Positions 47,870 to 58,405 are shown, numbered from the stretch's first letter. The stretch: DNA of 64,000 bases from an uncultured Desulfovibrio sp. (GCA_913060505.1 CAJXRQ010000013.1:4162-68161), one strand, 5' to 3'. Notes: generated from the letters alone by a model not told the origin. Made by a program: numbers and translations.

Positions 47870-48607
47870 ATGTCCAATCCGGCAAAAGCATATCTTGCCA
47901 CCCAGGTTAAAACAACAACCAAGGGTGAACTCTTGCTTATGCTCTACGAGGCCGCCATCAAATTCCTGAAGCGGGCCAAGGTCGAAATGGAGAAAAAAGA
48001 TTATGCCCAGAAGGGAATCTACATTTCCAAGGCCATGGATGTCATCAGCGAGTTGGCCAATAGCCTGAACAAGGAAAAAGGCGGAGAAATCACCACGAAC
48101 CTCCACAGTCTGTACATGTTCTGCAACATTCATCTGGCCAAGGCCAACAGCAAGATGAATCCCGACATGCTTGACGAGGTCATCAAGATTCTCGACGGAA
48201 TCCGCTCTGCTTTCGCGCAGATCGTCCCATCCGTTGAAAAAGGTGTCACCACGCCGGGTACTGACAAGAAACCAACACTCAAAAAACCGGTCTTGAATAA
48301 AAAGGCTGCGCCAAAACAAAAGGCCGCAGCGCCATCGGCTCCTACCAAGCAGGTTGCCGCCGAGCAAGAAGCCTCCCCACAAAACTCCGGGGAGCAACAG
48401 GTCAAACCTGAACAGGCTCCTGTTGCAACAAGTCCGGCTCCAGAGATAAAAAGTGCACCGGGAAATGAGCCCCAAACGACTTCGCAGCCAGAAAAGACTG
48501 CGGCATCCAAACCGGCTCCAGTTCAGCAGCCTCAGCCAGCGCCCCCCAAGCCCCTGGTCAACCCCATGCGGCTCCGGGCAAACAATGCCTATACCAATAA
48601 TCGCTAG
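47870..48607 (+). CDS. fliS: Flagellin chaperone FliS with long Pro/Ala/Gln/Lys-rich tail
   Basis: AKAY..QV, LLMLYEAAIKFL, NSLNKEKGGEITTNLHSLY; about 115-aa low-complexity extension. Confidence 0.92.
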   Translation: MSNPAKAYLATQVKTTTKGELLLMLYEAAIKFLKRAKVEMEKKDYAQKGIYISKAMDVISELANSLNKEKGGEITTNLHSLYMFCNIHLAKANSKMNPDMLDEVIKILDGIRSAFAQIVPSVEKGVTTPGTDKKPTLKKPVLNKKAAPKQKAAAPSAPTKQVAAEQEASPQNSGEQQVKPEQAPVATSPAPEIKSAPGNEPQTTSQPEKTAASKPAPVQQPQPAPPKPLVNPMRLRANNAYTNNR

Positions 48608-48613
48608 GATCGG

Positions 48614-48640
48614 TGGCCGACCTTTTGGTCGGCCGTTTTT
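48614..48640 (+). terminator. Terminator after fliS
   Basis: GGCCGACC-TTTT-GGTCGGCC-GTTTTT. Confidence 0.82.
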
Positions 48641-48718
48641 CTTTCATAGCAATCCGTTTTAACACACACTTTCTCCACGCCCATTTACTTTGCGCCTCGC
48701 TTATGTCACGGTCCTTTC

Positions 48719-49789
48719 ATGCCTGGAAAAACCGTGCGTGTTCTGCATGCCGTAAAGTCTTTAGGGCTTGGCGGTACGGAAAAGGTGATGCAGCAATTCG
48801 TCACCGGCCTGAACATCGCCCAGTATGAGGCAGCAGTCTTTGCCTTTGCAGACGGCCCACGCGGCCCACAAATTCGCAATGAACACATACCGACATTTGT
48901 CGGACCGGACTTCCTCGCAATTCTCCAACGTTTTTCACCACATATCGTACATATTCACAGGGCTGGCTGGCCGGAAACAGACCTGCTCGGCCCGATCAAA
49001 CGGGCCCGTGTTCCCGTTATTGTGGAAACGAACGTGTTCGGCAGGCATGACCCTTCTCCGTTGGGCAAACTCATCGACCACCACCTTTTCGTATCCCGTT
49101 TCTGTTTGGAAAGATTCCATCAAACAAACAACATTATTCCAGACCCGACACGCTATTCTTTTCTATATAACCCTGTGGACACGGACTTCTTTGCGGCAAA
49201 CACCTCCAGCCACGATTTCCGCTCTCCTGCTGCGGGACGCATATCCCGGGCCGATCCCGGCAAATGGTCCGGTCTGGCGCTGGAATTTCTGCCGCATGTG
49301 ATCAGGGAAATCCCGGATTTCCATTACCATATTATCGGTGGCATCCCCGAAGCCCACGCCTATGTGGCTGACAACGGCCTGCAAGATAACGTTACATTTC
49401 ATGAACCAGTATTCACGGATTCGGAGCTGGCAAAATTTCTTCAGGAGGTATCCATGTTGGCCCATGCCAACGATACGGGAGAATCCTTCGGCCTGGTCAT
49501 CGCCGAAGCCATGGCTTGCGGCCTGCCTGTAATTACCCACCCCTGCCCCGGATTGAGCGACAACGCACAACTGGAGCTGGTTGACCATGGGGCTACCGGC
49601 CTCGTGGCCCGTAATGCCGAAGAATATGCAGCAGCTGTAGTATGGCTGATTCACCACCCGGAACAAGCTGCGGCCATGGGAAAAGCCGGGCAGGAAAAAG
49701 CCGCACGCCTATACCACAAACAAACCGTGACAGCAAAACTCCAGGGAATTTACAGGTCATTATTGGAGCGCAAGGGGGTGAAGATTTGA
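48719..49789 (+). CDS. Glycosyltransferase family 4
   Basis: LGLGGTEK, GESFGLVIAEAMACGLPVI (EX7E motif). Confidence 0.92.
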   Translation: MPGKTVRVLHAVKSLGLGGTEKVMQQFVTGLNIAQYEAAVFAFADGPRGPQIRNEHIPTFVGPDFLAILQRFSPHIVHIHRAGWPETDLLGPIKRARVPVIVETNVFGRHDPSPLGKLIDHHLFVSRFCLERFHQTNNIIPDPTRYSFLYNPVDTDFFAANTSSHDFRSPAAGRISRADPGKWSGLALEFLPHVIREIPDFHYHIIGGIPEAHAYVADNGLQDNVTFHEPVFTDSELAKFLQEVSMLAHANDTGESFGLVIAEAMACGLPVITHPCPGLSDNAQLELVDHGATGLVARNAEEYAAAVVWLIHHPEQAAAMGKAGQEKAARLYHKQTVTAKLQGIYRSLLERKGVKI

Positions 49790-50970
49790 ACCTGCTGAAC
49801 GAATATTCACAGGAGGTTCTGTCTTTCAGAATCAAAGGCGAACCCGAACCGGCTCCAGCTAACCAACTCTCCCCGGAACGAATGGAACAATGGATCGCGC
49901 GCTGTTTGCGGACATTGCAACAAAGAAAAATCAACACGGTTTTGCTCTTCGGCATGGGGTCCGGGGAGCTTGCGAACACCCTTGCCATACAGGCTCCGCC
50001 ACAAACCCGGCTGGTGGCGGTTGAACTCGTTCCGGCCAACGCTCGTGCCGTCGGCCCACTCATGCACGAGCGATGGGAAATCATTGCCGATTCATCCCAA
50101 TGGGCCTGCTTTTGCCTTGCCGCCTCTACGGGCATAACCGCATCAAACGCACACCTGTGCCTGAACCCGGAATTGCCTGCCGACAAATCCCGTTCATGCG
50201 CCCAAAGCCTGCAACGACTCATGATGCGGGTCGGGCATGAAGCCATATCCCTGTCAGACAGATCGGAAACCGCTCCATCTCTTTCCTTGTCCGTTGCGGC
50301 GATTCTCAGCCCGGACGAACCGGAGCTGGAAGCTTTTTTTGCTCAGATTCCAAACTGGGTGCATGAACTATGCATTGTTTGGGATGCTCCCGAAGTCCCA
50401 GCCCGTGCCGTAGCCTGCTCCGTCCCGGTCCGACAGACAGCTCACCCGCTTGACGACTTCTCCTCCCAGCGCAACCGCATGCTTTCCCTCTGCACAGGGA
50501 GCCATGTGCTTTATCTGGACGGCGACGAATTATTCCAGAAGCAACACTGGAACCTGATCCCTCTGCTTTGTTCGCACGATCAGGTGGGAGGGATTCTGTT
50601 TCCCCGGCAAACCCTGTATCCGGACGATGCGCATACCAAAATAGGCTTGGGGCTATGGCCCGATTTGCAACTGCGACTTTTCCGCAATACGAACGCCGTT
50701 CACTTCGAACGCCCTATCCATGAAAAACTGGCCGGAGTGGATCAGGCTTTGGGAATAGCTCTGGACATTCCCATCATGCATTACAGCAGGCTACGCAAAA
50801 CCCAGCAACAGCTGGAGGCAAAACTGGCTCGTTTCGACCAGGCTGCCAGCAAGAACAACCTGCATTTGCTGAACAGGGAATATCCCAAACTGAGCACAGC
50901 CATTTTGAACCGATATGCAAAGCCGAACCAATGCCGCATGCTGATTCTGCCCAAGGATCTCCACACTTGA
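49786..50970 (+). CDS. Glycosyltransferase family 2 domain protein with N-terminal extra domain
   Basis: TTG start overlapping the upstream TGA; DDFSSQRN, LYLDGDE, PDLQLRLFR, IHEKL, IMHYS. Confidence 0.8.
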   Translation: MNLLNEYSQEVLSFRIKGEPEPAPANQLSPERMEQWIARCLRTLQQRKINTVLLFGMGSGELANTLAIQAPPQTRLVAVELVPANARAVGPLMHERWEIIADSSQWACFCLAASTGITASNAHLCLNPELPADKSRSCAQSLQRLMMRVGHEAISLSDRSETAPSLSLSVAAILSPDEPELEAFFAQIPNWVHELCIVWDAPEVPARAVACSVPVRQTAHPLDDFSSQRNRMLSLCTGSHVLYLDGDELFQKQHWNLIPLLCSHDQVGGILFPRQTLYPDDAHTKIGLGLWPDLQLRLFRNTNAVHFERPIHEKLAGVDQALGIALDIPIMHYSRLRKTQQQLEAKLARFDQAASKNNLHLLNREYPKLSTAILNRYAKPNQCRMLILPKDLHT

Positions 50971-51075
50971 CGCCTTGCCGAAAGTGAAGGATGCCAATTG
51001 CCCCAGGCTTGATTCTCACGTACAAACTAGGTAGGACCATAACTCCTAACAAACCGACTAGAACAAGGATCCACG

Positions 51076-52080
51076 ATGCGGATTACCTGCCCGGAATGCC
51101 AATTTTCGCGCACCATAGATGAAACAAAAATTCCCCCTCGCTCTGTTGTTGCCACCTGTCCGAAATGCAAAACGAAATTTCGGTTTCGCGCGGACCCGGT
51201 GGAAGAAGAGTTCCAACTGCACGACGCTGCGGAAGTGGAAAACGGCACTCAGTCCGATAAATCCAAAACCGAGCAACAGCACATCATGCCGGAGCTGCAT
51301 GATCCGACGGAAAAACCTGGGGACGAACTCTGGCGCAAAATCGGCGATATGCCGCCACCGCCCGATGCCACCGACCAGAATCATGGATGGGACCAACCGG
51401 ATGCACATGAAAACACCGACATGGAGCACGGAATGGGCGACCACGATTTGCCCATGGTGGAAGTGCCTTTCGAACGGTTGGACAAATACGGTTTCTTTTC
51501 GGGGCTGATCACCACCATCAAGCGCGTACTCTTTTCTCCGCGTCTGTTCTTTTCCGTCATGCCGTTGGGACGCGGCATTGCCCGTCCTCTGCTTTTCGCC
51601 CTGATGATTCTTGTTGTGCATGACATTTTGCAGGCCGCATTCCTCAAAACCGGAATACTGCCTTCCGTAGGCTTTGACGGCCAAGCGCTTCCTGCTGCGG
51701 AAGCTGAGGCATTCAACCCGTTTTCCCTGATCATGTTTTCCCCGTTCATGTGGATCATCGTCCTGTTCTTTTCCACCGGGATACACCACCTGCTCCTTAC
51801 CGCGCTCAAGGCTGCACATGGACGATTTGAAGCGACGTTCCGTGCAGCCACATACGCCACAGCGCCGATCCTTCTGGGATATATTCCCATCGCCAACGAA
51901 ACGATCTTCAAGGCGCAAATGATGGTTATCTTCGTGTGGAACATGGCCATAACGGTCATCGGCTGGAAATGTCTGCATAAAACATCGTACATGCGCGCAG
52001 GATTGGCCGCAGCCATTCCCATGGCCGTACTTATTCTGGCCCTGCTCTCCGCAATGACCGGAAACGCACCGCAGGTATAA
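51076..52080 (+). CDS. Zinc-ribbon plus YIP1-family membrane protein
   Basis: MRITCPEC..CPKCKTKF, acidic linker, about five C-terminal TM helices. Confidence 0.8.
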   Translation: MRITCPECQFSRTIDETKIPPRSVVATCPKCKTKFRFRADPVEEEFQLHDAAEVENGTQSDKSKTEQQHIMPELHDPTEKPGDELWRKIGDMPPPPDATDQNHGWDQPDAHENTDMEHGMGDHDLPMVEVPFERLDKYGFFSGLITTIKRVLFSPRLFFSVMPLGRGIARPLLFALMILVVHDILQAAFLKTGILPSVGFDGQALPAAEAEAFNPFSLIMFSPFMWIIVLFFSTGIHHLLLTALKAAHGRFEATFRAATYATAPILLGYIPIANETIFKAQMMVIFVWNMAITVIGWKCLHKTSYMRAGLAAAIPMAVLILALLSAMTGNAPQV

Positions 52081-52096
52081 CCTGACAGGAGCCACG

Positions 52097-52432
52097 ATGT
52101 TCACATGGTTAGGTAAAAAATGGCAATCCTGGAGAGCCTATCGTAAACTGATTCGCGAGGTGGACCCGCGTAATTTCCAGAAAATGGCCACGGAAATCCA
52201 CGAATTGGCAAGACTGGCAGCGCGAGTCTGTCCTCCCGGGCAGGAATTGGCCGAACAGATAGCCAACATAGAACACGAAATGGACCGACTGAAAACCATG
52301 GCCTCCCGACCCGAGTTCAAACGCCTTTCAACAGGAAAACGTCTTCTTTTGCGGCAGGGGCTTGAGGAATCCCGCGAGCAACTCATGCAAGCCATAGGCA
52401 CTGCCCCAAGCGTTACCACCACATTACAATAG
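52097..52432 (+). CDS. Hypothetical helical protein
   Basis: 111 aa, AGGAG RBS, co-oriented with neighbours. Confidence 0.7.
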   Translation: MFTWLGKKWQSWRAYRKLIREVDPRNFQKMATEIHELARLAARVCPPGQELAEQIANIEHEMDRLKTMASRPEFKRLSTGKRLLLRQGLEESREQLMQAIGTAPSVTTTLQ

Positions 52433-52533
52433 AAACCCGGTACGTATCTTGCTATCGTACATGGCGAATGCCCGAAACCGTCGAAAGTCCGTCGGTAGGC
52501 TTGGGCGCGGAAAAACCCTAATCCCATAATGCC

Positions 52534-53691
52534 ATGAAAAAACTCCTGCTTTTTCTCATCATCGTTTCCCTTGGGGCTTGCGCCTACGTGGACCCTTCCC
52601 TCACGCAACAGACCAAAATCTATACCGATGCCCCCCTGCATAAATCCCGGGTATACATGAGCGCCCAGCCGCGCAGCCGCCAGCTGCAACCGCTCACGGC
52701 GGTGTTCCTGCCGTTTTATATGCTGGAGGGCACTGAGGACTACAAACAGCTCGGCGACCAGCTCGGTGGGATCTTTTACGAAAACTGGCGCGGAAAACAA
52801 ATGTTCCCCATCTTCGAATTCGCTACAGGCCGGACCTTCCACGGCCGCGCCAAAGCTCTTTCCTTTGCCAGAAGCCGAGGAGCGGACCTTGTCGTGGTAG
52901 GCTTTATAACACATATGCTTAATGGCTCCACTCTTGGGGATACTGAAATATCCATACAAGTAAAAATCTATGAGACACATAACGGCGCGCTACTTTTCGA
53001 CATGGCACAATCCGGGCGAATAGAATTCCGAGGATCGCGGGACTGGTTCGTTGCTTCGCATGAACAACGGATGCCGAGCAGTCCGATATTCATGCTTATC
53101 CGCTCAATGGCGGACGACATGGCTATTCCGGTACAATCCTGGCTGCCCAGACCGGGCGCACCTTTGCCTTTTGCCAACAACAAGGAAGAAATCGTCAAAG
53201 GCATGACAGCCGAACTGCAACCAGCAACCACAAATGGCATTCAAAGCAGTTCCCAGCAGTCCCGGACGACTTCGGCAAACGGAGAGCGTCCGTTGACCGA
53301 TGCCATGACCATGGAGCATGACCTCAAAAATCAGGAAAAGGGACAACAGGGCGTAAGCCTGAATGTCTTGTTTGATGTAAACAAGGACGTGATTCGACCG
53401 GAATCCTATCCTCTGTTGGACTCGTTGGGAGAAGCGCTGAACTCGCCAGAACTCAAAAACAAATCCGTCATGGTAGCCGGGCACACGGATTCCGATGCCG
53501 GAGCGAAATACAATCTGAATCTGTCCAAACGCCGGGCTGAAGCCGTCAAACGTTATCTGGTAGCCAAATCAAGCATTGATCCCGCGCGGATAACTACTGT
53601 GGGTTATGGAAAAGGCAACCCCATTGCTCCTAATGACTCCCCCAAAAACAAGCAGCGCAACCGTCGAGTTGAAGTTCGTATCTTAGAATAG
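52534..53691 (+). CDS. OmpA-family lipoprotein
   Basis: Lipobox LGAC; C-terminal VLFD..AGHTDS..NLNLSKRRAEAV..NRRVEV. Confidence 0.9.
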   Translation: MKKLLLFLIIVSLGACAYVDPSLTQQTKIYTDAPLHKSRVYMSAQPRSRQLQPLTAVFLPFYMLEGTEDYKQLGDQLGGIFYENWRGKQMFPIFEFATGRTFHGRAKALSFARSRGADLVVVGFITHMLNGSTLGDTEISIQVKIYETHNGALLFDMAQSGRIEFRGSRDWFVASHEQRMPSSPIFMLIRSMADDMAIPVQSWLPRPGAPLPFANNKEEIVKGMTAELQPATTNGIQSSSQQSRTTSANGERPLTDAMTMEHDLKNQEKGQQGVSLNVLFDVNKDVIRPESYPLLDSLGEALNSPELKNKSVMVAGHTDSDAGAKYNLNLSKRRAEAVKRYLVAKSSIDPARITTVGYGKGNPIAPNDSPKNKQRNRRVEVRILE

Positions 53692-53743
53692 GAATTATTC
53701 TTGACAAGCGAAAACAGGGTCTTATTTCATAGTTGGCCTGAAC

Positions 53744-53775
53744 AGGGACGAAGCCTCGGGTTTCGTCCTTTTTTT
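53744..53775 (+). terminator. Rho-independent terminator
   Basis: GGACGAAGCC-TCG-GGTTTCGTCC-TTTTTTT. Confidence 0.8.
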
Positions 53776-53839
53776 CGGCTTTCAGGGCACCGCCTTTTGT
53801 GATACCTCAACCACACACTATATAGCGAGGAACAACTCA

Positions 53840-55033
53840 ATGATAGGCATTTCAAAATTATATTGCGGTTCGGTCGAGCCGTCCGATGCTCTGCGGTATG
53901 GCCGCGAATCCGGACAGCTCCCTTCTCATCTCCTGCAATTCTCCAAAGACAAGAAACCCGTGGTGGTCTGGAACATGACCCAGCGGTGCAACCTCAAATG
54001 TGTTCACTGCTACGCCCATGCCGTGGATCCCAGTGCCCACAAGGATCCCATATCCACCGACAAAGCCAAGGAAATCATCGACGACCTGACCCAGTTTGGT
54101 GCCCCGGTCATGCTTTTTTCCGGCGGTGAGCCGCTTGTCCGCGAAGACCTGACCGACCTGGCCAAATACGCCACGGCAAAGGGAATGCGCGCGGTCATCT
54201 CCACCAACGGTACATTGATCACCAAAAGAAAGGCCGCCGAACTCAAAGAAGTGGGCCTCTCCTATGTGGGCATATCCCTGGACGGTTCCGAGAAAGTCCA
54301 CGACGAATTCCGCGGCGTTTCCGGAGCCTACAAGCAGGCGCTCAAAGGCGTGGAGAACTGTATGGCCGAAGGCCTCAAGGTTGGCCTTCGTTTCACCATC
54401 AACAAGCGTAACGCCGTGGAAATCCCACATCTCTTCAGACTGCTTGAGGACATGGAAATCCCCCGTATCTGCTTCTACCATCTGGTCTATTCCGGCCGAG
54501 GTTCCGAACTCGTCAAGGAAGACCTCTCCCATCAGGAAACGCGCAAGGTGGTCGACCTGATCATGGACCAGACCCGCGCGTTGTTCGACAAGGGACTGCC
54601 CAAGGAAGTGCTGACAGTGGATAACCACGCGGACGGTCCCCACGTTTACTACCGTCTGCTCAGGGAAGACCCGGCACGCGCCGAGCAGGTCAAGGAGTTG
54701 TTGCAGTGGAACGAGGGCAACTCCTCGGGCCGGGGCATCGGCTGTATCTCCTGGGACGGCAAGGTGCACGCGGACCAGTTCATGCGCCACCACACCTTCG
54801 GCAACGTGCTTGAACGCCCGTTCTCGGAAATATGGACCGACGAAAATATCGAATTGCTGCACAAGATGAAAGACAAGCGCCCACATGTGGGAGGCCGCTG
54901 CGCCAAATGCCGCTTCCTGAACATCTGTGGCGGCAACTTCCGCGCCCGCGCCGAAGCCGTTCATGAAGACTTCTGGGCCGAGGATCCTGCTTGCTATCTT
55001 ACGGACGAAGAAATCAGCGGCGAACCGCTGTAA
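53840..55033 (+). CDS. ahbC: Fe-coproporphyrin III synthase (12,18-didecarboxysiroheme deacetylase), radical SAM/SPASM
   Basis: [56 protein letters not shown]. Confidence 0.92.
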   Translation: MIGISKLYCGSVEPSDALRYGRESGQLPSHLLQFSKDKKPVVVWNMTQRCNLKCVHCYAHAVDPSAHKDPISTDKAKEIIDDLTQFGAPVMLFSGGEPLVREDLTDLAKYATAKGMRAVISTNGTLITKRKAAELKEVGLSYVGISLDGSEKVHDEFRGVSGAYKQALKGVENCMAEGLKVGLRFTINKRNAVEIPHLFRLLEDMEIPRICFYHLVYSGRGSELVKEDLSHQETRKVVDLIMDQTRALFDKGLPKEVLTVDNHADGPHVYYRLLREDPARAEQVKELLQWNEGNSSGRGIGCISWDGKVHADQFMRHHTFGNVLERPFSEIWTDENIELLHKMKDKRPHVGGRCAKCRFLNICGGNFRARAEAVHEDFWAEDPACYLTDEEISGEPL

Positions 55034-55050
55034 CCAATACGGAGCGCATC

Positions 55051-56037
55051 ATGTCCATGCTCGAATTCCATCGGGGCCGCCGCCTGCGCATGTCCGCGAC
55101 CCTGCGCGAAATGGTCCGGGAGACTGAAATCCGGCCCCAGGATCTCATCATGCTCTACTTTGTAGCCGAGACTGATGACACGGACTTTCGCAAGCCCATT
55201 GAATCCATGCCCGGCCAATACCAGCTTTCGCTGGCCCAACTCGAAAAGCAGGTTGCAAAAGCCGTGGACAACGGTCTGCGTAGCCTTATGCTTTTCGGCA
55301 TCCCTGCACACAAGGATGAACTAGCCTCGCAGGCATATGACGAACAAGGCATCGTTCAACGGGCTATCCGTATGATCAAAAGCAAATGGCCCGACTTGGT
55401 GGTCATTGCCGACACCTGCCTGTGCGAATACACCTCGCACGGCCATTGCGGTATGGTCAGCAAGGAAGGCGAGGTGCTCAACGACCCTACCCTGAACCTG
55501 CTGGCTCAAACAGCCGTGGCACAGGCCGAAGCCGGAGCCGACATCGTCGCGCCCTCGGATATGATGGACGGACGCGTTGGCGCCATCCGGGAAGGGCTGG
55601 ACAACGCAGGCTATCAAAATACACCGATCATGTCCTATGCGGTCAAGTATGCGTCCGCTTTTTACGGCCCGTTCCGCGAGGCTGCAGAAAGCGCTCCCCA
55701 GTTTGGAGATCGCAAGACCTATCAGATGGACCCGGGCAATGCGCTGGAAGCTATGCGTGAAGCCGCGGCCGACGTGGAAGAAGGTGCGGATATTCTCATG
55801 GTCAAACCGGCTCTGCCCTATCTGGACGTTCTCCGCACTGTACGCGACAGCTTCGATACGCCGATGGCTGCCTATCAGGTCAGCGGGGAATACAGCATGA
55901 TCAAGGCCGCTGCGCAAAACGGCTGGATTGATGAAAAAGCAATAGTCATGGAATCCCTGATAGCCATCAAACGTGCCGGGGCCGACATGATCCTGACATA
56001 CTTTACAGAAGACGTCCTCGAGACGCTCAAGGGATAA
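55051..56037 (+). CDS. hemB: Porphobilinogen synthase
   Basis: [37 protein letters not shown]. Confidence 0.98.
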   Translation: MSMLEFHRGRRLRMSATLREMVRETEIRPQDLIMLYFVAETDDTDFRKPIESMPGQYQLSLAQLEKQVAKAVDNGLRSLMLFGIPAHKDELASQAYDEQGIVQRAIRMIKSKWPDLVVIADTCLCEYTSHGHCGMVSKEGEVLNDPTLNLLAQTAVAQAEAGADIVAPSDMMDGRVGAIREGLDNAGYQNTPIMSYAVKYASAFYGPFREAAESAPQFGDRKTYQMDPGNALEAMREAAADVEEGADILMVKPALPYLDVLRTVRDSFDTPMAAYQVSGEYSMIKAAAQNGWIDEKAIVMESLIAIKRAGADMILTYFTEDVLETLKG

Positions 56038-56041
56038 CCAT

Positions 56042-57220
56042 ATGACACAGCACGGACATCCCAAGGGCTGCCCGCCCGAAGGACATCCCGGAGGAAACCC
56101 CGGCCATCCCCATGGCAAAGGGCACCCAGGAGCCGAAGGGCCGCCCCAAAAAACGCTTGAGGACGGCAGCCCGATCTGCCGTCTTATCGCGTGGGAAGTG
56201 ACCCGGTCCTGCAACCTTGCCTGCAAACACTGCCGGGCCGAAGCGCACCCCGAACCATATGAAGGAGAACTGGATACGGCGCAAGCCAAGGCCCTCATCG
56301 ACACCTTCCCGGACGTAGGAAGCCCCATCATCATTTTCACGGGCGGCGAGCCCATGATGCGCGACGACGTCTATGAACTCATCGCCTATGCCAAAAACAA
56401 GGGCATGCGTTGCGTCATGGCGCCCAACGGCACACTCATTACACCGGAAACGGCCCAAATGATGAAGGATGCCGGTGTGGAGCGTTGTTCCATATCCATC
56501 GACGCTCCCGAAGCCACCCAGCATGATGAATTCAGGGGGGAAAAAGGAGCCTTTGCCGCTTCCATGCGTGGCATTCAGTACCTCAAGGACGCAGGCATCG
56601 AGTTCCAAATCAATACCACAGTGACCAGGAACAACCTGCACCTGTTCAAAACCATCTTCAATCTCTGCGAAGAAATTGGCGCTTCCGCATGGCACATCTT
56701 TCTGCTCGTCCCCACGGGCCGAGCAGAAGAGCTGGGCGCTGAGATCATCTCCGCCGACGAATACGAAGATGTACTCAACTGGTTTTATGACTTCCGCAAG
56801 ACCACGAACATGCAGCTCAAGGCCACCTGTGCCCCGCACTATCACCGCATCCTGCGCCAGCGTGCCAAGGAAGAAGGCATTCCTGTAAACTTCGAAACCT
56901 TTGGACTGGATGCTGTCAGTCGGGGCTGTCTCGGAGGCATCGGGTTCTGCTTCATCTCCCACCGCGGCCAGGTGCAACCCTGCGGATATCTGGACCTGAA
57001 CTGCGGCAACGTACTGGAAACACCATTTCCGGAGATTTGGCGCAAATCCGAGCAATTCCTCAATTTGCGCAATCCCGAAACCTATGACGGCAAGTGCGGT
57101 CATTGTGAATATGAACGTGTTTGCGGCGGCTGCCGGGCCCGCGCCCAGACCATGAAGGGTCACTATCTGCGGGAAGAACCCCTCTGCTCGTATACACCCA
57201 AGAAGAAACCGCGCGCCTAG
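56042..57220 (+). CDS. ahbD: Haem b synthase, radical SAM/SPASM
   Basis: LIAWEVTRSCNLACKHCRA, KATCAPHYHR, RGCLGG, CGGCRARA; His/Gly/Pro-rich N-terminus. Confidence 0.92.
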   Translation: MTQHGHPKGCPPEGHPGGNPGHPHGKGHPGAEGPPQKTLEDGSPICRLIAWEVTRSCNLACKHCRAEAHPEPYEGELDTAQAKALIDTFPDVGSPIIIFTGGEPMMRDDVYELIAYAKNKGMRCVMAPNGTLITPETAQMMKDAGVERCSISIDAPEATQHDEFRGEKGAFAASMRGIQYLKDAGIEFQINTTVTRNNLHLFKTIFNLCEEIGASAWHIFLLVPTGRAEELGAEIISADEYEDVLNWFYDFRKTTNMQLKATCAPHYHRILRQRAKEEGIPVNFETFGLDAVSRGCLGGIGFCFISHRGQVQPCGYLDLNCGNVLETPFPEIWRKSEQFLNLRNPETYDGKCGHCEYERVCGGCRARAQTMKGHYLREEPLCSYTPKKKPRA

Positions 57221-57229
57221 GATTTGTGC

Positions 57230-57679
57230 ATGGATAATTACGACAAACGAATACTCGACATAATTCAGTCCGGTTTTCCTCTGGTTTCACAACCATATGA
57301 AGCCGTAGGCAAGCAGGTAGGTCTGACCGGCGCCGAAGTTCTGGCACGAGTGCGTACTCTCAAACAGCACGGCGTCATTCGCCGCATGGGAGCAAACTTC
57401 CAGTCCAAGAAACTGGGGTGGCAGTCCACCCTGTGCGCGGCCAGTGTGCCTGAAAACCGGCTGGACGAATTCGTGGCCGAGGTCAACCGCCATGACGGAG
57501 TGACCCACAACTACCTGCGCGAAAACGACTTCAATATCTGGTTCACCCTGATTGCACCGGGCATGGACGCGGTGGAAGCCGTTCTGAACGACATCACCGA
57601 AAAAACCGGCATCAAGATCCTGAACCTTCCAGCCAGCCGGATGTTCAAGATCAAGGTCGATTTCAAGATGGACAAATAG
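57230..57679 (+). CDS. ahbA: Siroheme decarboxylase alpha subunit (Lrp/AsnC-like)
   Basis: IQSGFPL, GVIRRMGA, STLCAA, GVTHNYLRE, FKIKVDF. Confidence 0.88.
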   Translation: MDNYDKRILDIIQSGFPLVSQPYEAVGKQVGLTGAEVLARVRTLKQHGVIRRMGANFQSKKLGWQSTLCAASVPENRLDEFVAEVNRHDGVTHNYLRENDFNIWFTLIAPGMDAVEAVLNDITEKTGIKILNLPASRMFKIKVDFKMDK

Positions 57680-57696
57680 CCCTTCGGGAGACAGGC

Positions 57697-58353
57697 ATGA
57701 TTCTTTCCCCATCAATGCTTTCTTCGGATTTCGCCAACATGGAATCCGAACTCAAGGCACTGGAACAGGCCGGACTTGAATGGGTCCACCTTGATGTCAT
57801 GGACGGCAGGTTCGTCCCGAACATTACCTTTGGGCCGCCTATCATCAAAGCCATGCGCAAGGTGTCGAACCTGTTTTTCGACTGCCATTTGATGATTGAA
57901 GACCCGGGCCGCTACATTCAGGACTTTGCCGATGCCGGGGCAGACCTTATCTGCGTACACGCGGAAGCCTGTCCCCATCTTGAACGAGTGTGCGCACAAA
58001 TCAGGGATGCAGGCTGCAAACCTGCTGTGGCCCTGAACCCGCATACGGCGTTGGAAAACATCAAATATCTGCTTCCGCAACTGGATATGGTCTTGCTCAT
58101 GTCCGTAAACCCGGGCTTCGGCGGCCAGAAATTCATTCCCTTCACCATGGACAAACTGCGTGATCTCAAGGGCATGATTACGAATTGCGGTTCAAAGGCA
58201 CTCATCCAGATCGACGGAGGCGTCACACCGGACAACACGCCTGAACTGGTCCGCGCCGGAGCTGACGTGCTGGTTTCCGGTTCCGCCTTTTTCGGCTATC
58301 CGCCCTATGGAGAGCGGCATAAAGCGTTTATGAATGCAGCAAAGCATATCTAA
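57697..58353 (+). CDS. rpe: Ribulose-phosphate 3-epimerase
   Basis: SPSMLSSDF, HLDVMDGRFVPNITFG, MSVNPGFGGQ, IDGG. Confidence 0.98.
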   Translation: MILSPSMLSSDFANMESELKALEQAGLEWVHLDVMDGRFVPNITFGPPIIKAMRKVSNLFFDCHLMIEDPGRYIQDFADAGADLICVHAEACPHLERVCAQIRDAGCKPAVALNPHTALENIKYLLPQLDMVLLMSVNPGFGGQKFIPFTMDKLRDLKGMITNCGSKALIQIDGGVTPDNTPELVRAGADVLVSGSAFFGYPPYGERHKAFMNAAKHI

Positions 58354-58374
58354 TCAGATCTTCATATGTACCCC

Positions 58375-58405
58375 AAAGAGAGCCGCTAACAGGCTCTCTT
58401 TTTTT
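58375..58405 (+). terminator. Terminator after rpe
   Basis: AAAGAGAGCC...GGCTCTCTTT plus T-run. Confidence 0.82.

Noticed and set aside
53701-53775. Attenuator or riboswitch in the ahbC leader (TTGACA followed by a terminator)
   Set aside because: No good -10 at 16-18 bp spacing; the hairpin is more simply the terminator of the OmpA-family gene.
57230-57679. Missing ahbB (and gcvT) as pathway defects
   Set aside because: These genes can be encoded elsewhere; absence from one window is uninformative.
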